From contig CAYRPF010000024.1 of NCBI GenBank assembly GCA_964426185.1, positions 1 to 32,000 on the forward strand: 32,000 bases of DNA, written 5' to 3'. The notes beneath the pieces were generated by a model. It was not told the DNA's origin. It was given only the letters and a program-made list of their open reading frames with translations, and made no database searches. Of this stretch, positions 25,803 through 32,000 are shown piece by piece. The translations under genes were made by a program, and so were the position numbers. Source of the stretch: an uncultured archaeon. Its GTDB lineage: Archaea > Asgardarchaeota > Lokiarchaeia > Sigyniarchaeales > Promethearchaeaceae. Within the stretch, counting starts at the first letter, position 1; each line of letters opens with the position of its first letter.

Positions 25803-27310
25803 TGCTTGAAATACTCTTAGAAAATTTACCGATTATAATATTAATGCTTGTATTAATTATCATTGTCCCAATTATGGAACATCCTAAAATATCCTTCCAT
25901 CTTGTAAATATAGGCATAATTTTAACCATATTTCTTCAAACTCTCATGATATTATCCATCACCATCCCTCAATTGAGTTTCTTTGCACAATACAGTCCAT
26001 CTCAATCAGCTTCATGGATCATCGCTGATTTTTTACTTTGCCTATTCCTTGCGTTACATGTTTTGAATAAAAAATCAATACTGAATTCAAATTCGGGTGA
26101 ATTGATTGGCCCAATATTTCTTTTAATGGTTATTTCTACCATAATCTTGCTTGAATCAGAAAATATCTTCATAATCTCTATGGCATTTCTGGTTTTACTA
26201 AATGTTGTCTATTACATGTCATTTACAGGTGATTATAAGAAAGATCCAAAGTATTTCAAAGAATTCAAAGAAATGGTTGGCTTTACCACATTTTTATTGA
26301 TTATTTTAATCGCAGTTCTAGGATTGTTATTGTTTTCCTATAATTTAATTAATTTAAAGATAACTTTCACTTCAATGCAGTTAATTCAAGAATATTTGAC
26401 CTATTTTGCATACTTTTTAGCCCTTACATTATTACCGGGATTTGGAGTTTTAGTTTCTCGAAAAATACGACGCAATTTCAGTGATTTTCCGCCATTATTA
26501 ATTGGAATTGTATCAATTGTGGTTTTTCCTACAATATTTTTGGTGAATTTCCGAATATTCACCACTTTCATCAGCTTTAATCATACTTTAGGCTATGTTT
26601 TTTTTGGGATTAGTTTAATTGGAATTTTATGGACAATCAAAGAATTAATTTATGAATTTAGAAAACAGACCCCTCAAAAACGTACTAATCTAACCAGAAT
26701 ATTTTTCTTATTAACTAGTATTGATGCACAAGGATTTCTGCTGATTTTGTCTGGATATTATTTTTCAGCACAAGCAAAGACATTATTTTTTAGCACGACT
26801 ATTTGGTATTTCTTAGTCGTGATAATGTTTAAGGTTTTGATCCTCGCAGTAATGTTGCCATATTTGCGGGTTCTTGATAAGAACTATCGCTTAAACACGG
26901 TATCTTCAAAAACTTGGGGTTGGAATTTCGTATTGCTAATATTGGCACCAGGAATTTTTCTGTTTGACAATGCACCTGGTTTTCAATTTATTAGTGGTTT
27001 ATACTCTAGCCTTCTAAATACAGCAACGAATCTAATTCCACAATCGAGCGACATTATCTTTTTATGGATAATATTAATTTTGGGATTAGGAATTATCTCA
27101 TTTGAATTTTTAATTGTGGTTTGGTTCTTCAATTTTATTCGAAAGGAAATCACTTCCAAAAAAAATATCGAACCAGTTTCTCCAACATCTTCGTTAGTTT
27201 TTTCTGATGGATTTTTGGTGATTTTTCTTTATGTTCTAATGGTAATCTGGACCATTTTTGGGCCAAAACTCGATTTAATTTCTAATTTACAAACATTTTT
27301 CTTTTTTTGA
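25802..27310 (+). CDS. Polytopic membrane protein; divergent MrpD/NuoM/NuoN-like antiporter-type subunit
   Basis: About 13-14 hydrophobic helices with residual family patterns (NLTRIFFLLTSIDAQGFLL, IMFKVLIL, APGF). Confidence 0.6.
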   Translation: MLEILLENLPIIILMLVLIIIVPIMEHPKISFHLVNIGIILTIFLQTLMILSITIPQLSFFAQYSPSQSASWIIADFLLCLFLALHVLNKKSILNSNSGELIGPIFLLMVISTIILLESENIFIISMAFLVLLNVVYYMSFTGDYKKDPKYFKEFKEMVGFTTFLLIILIAVLGLLLFSYNLINLKITFTSMQLIQEYLTYFAYFLALTLLPGFGVLVSRKIRRNFSDFPPLLIGIVSIVVFPTIFLVNFRIFTTFISFNHTLGYVFFGISLIGILWTIKELIYEFRKQTPQKRTNLTRIFFLLTSIDAQGFLLILSGYYFSAQAKTLFFSTTIWYFLVVIMFKVLILAVMLPYLRVLDKNYRLNTVSSKTWGWNFVLLILAPGIFLFDNAPGFQFISGLYSSLLNTATNLIPQSSDIIFLWIILILGLGIISFEFLIVVWFFNFIRKEITSKKNIEPVSPTSSLVFSDGFLVIFLYVLMVIWTIFGPKLDLISNLQTFFFF

Positions 27311-27389
27311 ATATTTAGTAAATAAAAGCTACCATATTACTGTTAATAAAATATTTTAAATAACTAGATTTAGGAATGGATGATTAAAT

Positions 27390-28841
27390 TTGCAAAGAAT
27401 GTTCGGTACTTGCGGAATCAGGAAAAAATTCTCAACTTATGATAAATCGGAACAAACATTTACACCAAATATGGCAATACGGTTGGGGGAAGCAATCGGT
27501 ACTGCGATAAATTCTGGAACAGTAGTTATTGGAAGAGACATCAGAACCGCGGCTGTAGCGATCGAATATGCCATCATCAGTGGACTTGTCAGCACAGGCT
27601 GTAAAGTATTCACCATTGGAATGGTAACCACTCCTACGTTAGCCATGTCGATTGACTTTCTTAATGCAGATTGTGGTGTTATGATCACGGCTTCTCACAA
27701 TCCAGCAGAATACATTGGTGTAAAGCTATGGAATAAAGGAGGGTTAGGATTCAGTCCTTCTCAAGAAGACGAAATTGAAAAAATATATCAAAATCGCAAT
27801 TTTGTTCGAAAAAGATATAATGAATTAGGTTCAGTAACTCAAATCTCTGGAATAAATGATAAACATATCGAAAACATTATGAAATTAGTTCAATATAAGT
27901 GTGAAGACCGCCAATTTCATGTGATAGTTGATCCAGGCAATGGAAGTGCCTCCGAAATCGGTCCAAAATTACTGAGCAAATTGGGTTTGGACTTTGTCAC
28001 TTTAAATTCACAGCCAGATGGAACCTTTCCAGGTCGTGATTCAGAGCCCAGTCCAAAAAACTTGGAAGATTTACGACTATTTATTAAACATTCTCCCAAA
28101 ATTCAAATGGGAATTGCATTTGATGGCGATGCAGACCGAGTAATTTTTCTGGATGAAAACGGTCAAGTTGTGGAACCAATCAGAATTTTAACATTCTTGG
28201 CAAAAGAATATATTAAAATTAACTATCCAGATCCCAAAAGGCGACCACTTTTAGCTGTTGTCACCCCAGTTAATTCTTCGGGTGTTATTGAAGCGGTATT
28301 AGAACCAATGGGTGTATCAGTATATCGCACGAAAGTAGGGGATATTAATGTATCCCAAGCAATGGTGAAATACAATGCCTTTTTAGGGGGAGAAAATTGC
28401 GGGGTATATATATGGCCAGAGTATACAAATCATAAAGCACCTGATAGTTTGGCGACTATTGCTATTCTCTTGAAATTTATTTCCAACTATAATGGTAAAT
28501 TTAGTGAATTGTTGGTTGATATTCCAGAATTTCCTTATGTAAAGAAAAACATCGAATTAGAACACGACATTCATTTTAATGAGCAAGATTATCTGAACAT
28601 AGCTGAGAAATTGGAAGAAAAGTTGCTACAAGCAAACTACACCGATTTTAAACTCACTATGGTTGATGGAATGCATTTGCGTTTTAATAATGGATGGATT
28701 TTAATTAGAAAATCTGGAACCACGCCAATTTTACGTATCACCGCAGAATCCCAAACCTCTCTGGAAGAAACGAAAAAATTGATTCAAATCGGTGTTGATA
28801 CTGTAAAATCATTGATGCCAATTGTGGATGAAAGAAGATGA
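27390..28841 (+). CDS. Alpha-D-phosphohexomutase (phosphoglucosamine mutase / phosphomannomutase)
   Basis: FGTCGIR, GRDIR, TASHNP (phospho-Ser), FDGDADR, GGENCG, RKSGTTP; TTG start. Confidence 0.93.
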   Translation: MQRMFGTCGIRKKFSTYDKSEQTFTPNMAIRLGEAIGTAINSGTVVIGRDIRTAAVAIEYAIISGLVSTGCKVFTIGMVTTPTLAMSIDFLNADCGVMITASHNPAEYIGVKLWNKGGLGFSPSQEDEIEKIYQNRNFVRKRYNELGSVTQISGINDKHIENIMKLVQYKCEDRQFHVIVDPGNGSASEIGPKLLSKLGLDFVTLNSQPDGTFPGRDSEPSPKNLEDLRLFIKHSPKIQMGIAFDGDADRVIFLDENGQVVEPIRILTFLAKEYIKINYPDPKRRPLLAVVTPVNSSGVIEAVLEPMGVSVYRTKVGDINVSQAMVKYNAFLGGENCGVYIWPEYTNHKAPDSLATIAILLKFISNYNGKFSELLVDIPEFPYVKKNIELEHDIHFNEQDYLNIAEKLEEKLLQANYTDFKLTMVDGMHLRFNNGWILIRKSGTTPILRITAESQTSLEETKKLIQIGVDTVKSLMPIVDERR

Positions 28842-28855
28842 GTGATTCTTTTAAT

Positions 28856-29608
28856 TTATTTCTTTTTTTTTTGTAATTTAAGCTTTACACGTGATTGGAA
28901 GTGTTTCTTACCGCTTTTTCTGTGTTTTTCCTTATTTCTTTCATTTAGCAGATTTAAAACCACTCCAAGGTAATTCTTAGCACGAGGAACAATTTTTTTG
29001 TTGGCTACTGCTTGATTCCATTTCTTAACTAAAACCACTTCTTTGAGTAAGGCGGCAGTAGTCATTTTGCCAATTTCCATCCAATCTTCCTTAACAATTT
29101 CTTTTTCAGAATCTAAACCTGGGCAATATTCTATCGCTTTTTTGGTGAGATCCATATGAACATCTAAGCCTTTTTGTGGAAAAGAAACGGGACTTGAATG
29201 AAAGTGGAAGGGAAAGGTTCGACAAATATTTGGACGAGCATTATAGATCCGACATTTATTCTTTTTTGATAAAAAGATGCATCTACCATTTTTTTTTTTC
29301 CTTAATCCCACAAAAGCCAATCCATGCTCTGTTTCAATTGGAGGTACAACCAATTTCTCCAGTTCTTTATCTGTAGGAGTATGATCAAAATGATAAAAGC
29401 CAATTACTTTAAGAAAATCTTCCAAAGAATAATTCAATTCAGCTTCCATTCGAAGTATATCAGAGTATGTTAAGTTTACAATCGTATTGCGATCTGAACA
29501 GCATCTTCCACACTGAATGCAGTCAAAATGATAAGGAGGATGGATTTTTTTAGGTAATCTTTTTTTAGGGGGAGAAGATATTGCAGAAGGGGGATTATTC
29601 TTGTTCAT
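28856..29608 (-). CDS. YkgJ/FliB-like CxxCxxCC cysteine-cluster protein
   Basis: FDCIQCGRCC, CIFL...CRIYNARPNICRTFPF, CPG. Confidence 0.9.
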   Translation of the reverse strand: MNKNNPPSAISSPPKKRLPKKIHPPYHFDCIQCGRCCSDRNTIVNLTYSDILRMEAELNYSLEDFLKVIGFYHFDHTPTDKELEKLVVPPIETEHGLAFVGLRKKKNGRCIFLSKKNKCRIYNARPNICRTFPFHFHSSPVSFPQKGLDVHMDLTKKAIEYCPGLDSEKEIVKEDWMEIGKMTTAALLKEVVLVKKWNQAVANKKIVPRAKNYLGVVLNLLNERNKEKHRKSGKKHFQSRVKLKLQKKKK

Positions 29609-29686
29609 TATAATTCTACTATATGAAATTAGGTAATAATAGCAAAAACGTTACTTTTTTTTTAAATCTAATGTTATAAACAAGAA

Positions 29687-30403
29687 ATGTACGACCAAAT
29701 TGCTCAAGACTGGAAAAATAAAAGGCAACACCCTTGGAAACCCCTTGTTTCTATATTGGAGCCTTATCTTAAATTACATTTTTCAAGTTCAAGAGCTGAT
29801 CAAGAACAAACGTCCATATTTTTAGATGTTGGAGCTGGATCAGGTCGTCATTCTGAATTTCTTCAGCAATATTGCACCCGTCTCATAGAAATTGATCAAT
29901 CTAGAGAAATGCTTAAGCACAATAATTCTCCAAGCCTAAAAGTTCAAGCCGATATGATTTCTCTTCCATTTCGGACGAACAGCGTAGATGGTATTTTTTC
30001 TATTGCTAGCATTCATCATATAAAGGGAAAAACACATAGAATTCGAATTATTAATGATTTTCAAAAAATTGCCCGAAAAGAAGCTCTGATTGTAATAACT
30101 GTTTGGAGATTTAAACAAAAGAAATTCTTCCATGAATATAAAAAACAAATACTAGAGAGTACCTATAGAGAATTCGGAATAAAATTATCTGCTAAAAGCA
30201 AGATTGATAAGGAAATTGGAGATGTCAACGTTCCGTGGAAGGTTTCTCAACAAAACCAAGAAATTGTAATTCAACGTTTTTATCACCTTTTTCGAGCTGT
30301 TGAATTTCGACATCTAGTAAAACCTTTTAAATCTAAATTAATAACTGCCTTTGGATCGGGACGGGAAAAGTCGAATTTTTTATTTATTGGAGTAAATGAG
30401 TAA
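29687..30403 (+). CDS. Class I SAM-dependent methyltransferase, Trm9/ALKBH8-like tRNA wobble-uridine methyltransferase
   Basis: YDQIA..W..KR.HPW, LDVGAGSG, SIASIHHI, ITVW, DVNVPW and RFYHLF match Trm9-family blocks. Confidence 0.75.
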   Translation: MYDQIAQDWKNKRQHPWKPLVSILEPYLKLHFSSSRADQEQTSIFLDVGAGSGRHSEFLQQYCTRLIEIDQSREMLKHNNSPSLKVQADMISLPFRTNSVDGIFSIASIHHIKGKTHRIRIINDFQKIARKEALIVITVWRFKQKKFFHEYKKQILESTYREFGIKLSAKSKIDKEIGDVNVPWKVSQQNQEIVIQRFYHLFRAVEFRHLVKPFKSKLITAFGSGREKSNFLFIGVNE

Positions 30404-30433
30404 AAAAATAAATTGTGATTATTTATAATCATT

Positions 30434-31759
30434 ATGGAAAACATTTTGAAACATTTCATTCATACTAAGAAATATCCAATGCTACTAATGACATTGCTAA
30501 TTCTAAGCATTTTTCTGCTTTCCTTTTCTCGAGCAACCTCGACCTTCATTTCTGTTCCTTTTCAAGCAAATCAAGAAATAAACTTAGAAATTACTTATAA
30601 CGTTAATTATCAAGCGCTTTCTCCTTATAACAGTATATTTAAAATTTGGATTCCCCGTTTGAAAACTTGGAATTCAGAAGATATAAATCAAACCGCTGCC
30701 GTTCAAACCGTGAATCAACTAGATATTATTCCTCCTGATTTTTATCAAAAATATTCGTTTGATCCCAGCGATGTTTATGGAAATTCATATGATTATTATG
30801 AACTTGAAATGAAACCTATGTATGATCAAACCACGTTTTCCTATTCTGCGATATACAATGTAGCTTTACAATCACGTAATTGGTCAATTCCAATGGATCT
30901 TTCTTTAAATGATTATAATAAATCAGATTCTATTTACGAATTTTACACTTCTCCTCAACCTTATTATGAAATTAACGATACAGAAGTGCAAACACTAGCA
31001 TCTTCCATTACTCATAATTCCACTAATATTAAAGAAATACTTGAATCTGTCTATTTATTTGTTGAAGATTCCATGAATTACACCGCTATGGATGAAGTTC
31101 TCTCTCTCAAAGAAATAATTGGAAATTATCAAGGGGATTGCTCTGAATTCTCAACTTTGATGGTAGGATTGCTAAGAACTGCCGGAATTCCTGCGCGCAA
31201 AGTATTAGGAATTTCTTTGATCGAAGGTTCTCTCTCGGAACCGATTCCAAAATATGATATGCGGCCCGGAGATCAATGGTCATATTCGTTAGAATCGGAA
31301 AATGTAATACCGGGTCATGCTTGGGTTCAGTATTATGTGCCATATCTTGGGTGGGTGAGTGCAGATCCAACTTGGGGAAAACCTTATTACGCATATGGAA
31401 ATGAATCTGCCTTGCAATATCTTTATCAAATAGATTATCTTCATTTAATTACCACAATTGGTGGTTGGTATGAGTACGATATCAATCCACCTTTGGAAAT
31501 ATTGGAAGTGAATTCAACAGGAATACCAGAATTTCCCTTTCTTTTTCCAATCGGAAACGCTCAAAACTATCAATTAGATTTTCAAATTGACTTTGAAGTA
31601 TTATCAAGTACTTATGTTTCTGGTTTGTACTTAGATCAAAATAGTTGGATTATCCTAATAATTACCTCTAGTTCATTTCTAATAATAGTTTTCTTATGTT
31701 TTGGATCGCTTTATAGTCGGAGGCATAAAAGAAGGAATACTAATTTTTTCAGAAATTGA
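30434..31759 (+). CDS. Membrane-anchored extracellular transglutaminase-like (Cys-His-Asp) protein
   Basis: Signal peptide; GDCSEFS, LLRTAGIPAR, GHAW, ADPTW; C-terminal TM helix and basic tail. Confidence 0.9.
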   Translation: MENILKHFIHTKKYPMLLMTLLILSIFLLSFSRATSTFISVPFQANQEINLEITYNVNYQALSPYNSIFKIWIPRLKTWNSEDINQTAAVQTVNQLDIIPPDFYQKYSFDPSDVYGNSYDYYELEMKPMYDQTTFSYSAIYNVALQSRNWSIPMDLSLNDYNKSDSIYEFYTSPQPYYEINDTEVQTLASSITHNSTNIKEILESVYLFVEDSMNYTAMDEVLSLKEIIGNYQGDCSEFSTLMVGLLRTAGIPARKVLGISLIEGSLSEPIPKYDMRPGDQWSYSLESENVIPGHAWVQYYVPYLGWVSADPTWGKPYYAYGNESALQYLYQIDYLHLITTIGGWYEYDINPPLEILEVNSTGIPEFPFLFPIGNAQNYQLDFQIDFEVLSSTYVSGLYLDQNSWIILIITSSSFLIIVFLCFGSLYSRRHKRRNTNFFRN

Positions 31760-31834
31760 AACTAAAGATTTTTTAATTTTTCCACCAAACGGAATAATAT
31801 AACTTATCTAAACATATTATGGTGACAAGATATT

Positions 31835-32000
31835 GTGAGAAAAACAGAGACAGGAGATAAATACTACAAAATTGTATACTGGGGATGCTTTGCAAGCGGT
31901 AAAACAACAGCAGTCGATACTCTGTTCAAAATTTTACAAGAAAAAACAGATTCAAAGGTACTTCCAGTAGGAGAATTAACAAAAATCGCAACCCCTTCTG
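31835..32000 (+). CDS. MglA-like small GTPase, 5' part only (runs off the window; absent from the ORF track)
   Basis: GTG 31835 follows a GGTGA SD at 31821-31825 and translates VRKTETGDKYYKIVYWGCFASGKTTAVDTLF...GELTKIATPS, matching the MglA-type KIVYxGxxxSGKTT. Confidence 0.8.
   Translation, partial: MRKTETGDKYYKIVYWGCFASGKTTAVDTLFKILQEKTDSKVLPVGELTKIATPS

Noticed and set aside
820-31394. Short alternative-frame or antisense ORFs in the track (e.g. 820-1191, 1419-1637, 20944-21225, 22964-23398, 27437-27688, 31107-31394)
   Set aside because: They overlap well-supported genes and show no recognisable motifs; treated as shadow ORFs.
31823-31825. In-frame TGA upstream of the MglA-like frame as possible selenocysteine
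   Set aside because: It is part of the GGTGA ribosome-binding site, no in-frame start was seen just upstream, and it does not correspond to a catalytic Cys position.

Overview
AT-rich, gene-dense chromosomal segment of an Asgard archaeon, most likely Lokiarchaeia/Promethearchaeota. This is inferred from archaeal lipid genes (fni, GGPP synthase), a Cdc6/Orc1 paralog, GGTGA/GGAGG-type ribosome-binding sites, three small GTPases (Rag/Arf-like, Rab-like, MglA-like) and roadblock/longin-type proteins. About 30 CDS are supported; no rRNA, tRNA, CRISPR array or transposase was seen. Main observations: (i) a roadblock protein whose long disordered tail carries repeated paxillin-LD-like motifs; (ii) three apparent pseudo-enzymes, namely Cdc6/Orc1 lacking ATPase residues, TldD lacking its catalytic Glu and Cys ligand, and an orphan Mrp/Nuo antiporter-like subunit lacking charged TM residues; (iii) a deoxynucleoside/dNMP kinase ending in a PIP-box-like motif; (iv) a structured ~110-nt leader with two interleaved stems abutting the Shine-Dalgarno of a calcium-dodecin-type gene; (v) two uncharacterised Zn-binding proteins with putative tandem-longin and cullin-like winged-helix domains; (vi) an exact 24-bp duplication of the GGPP synthase 3' end and several short intergenic tandem repeats. 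All family assignments come from motif recognition by eye; no database searches were run.
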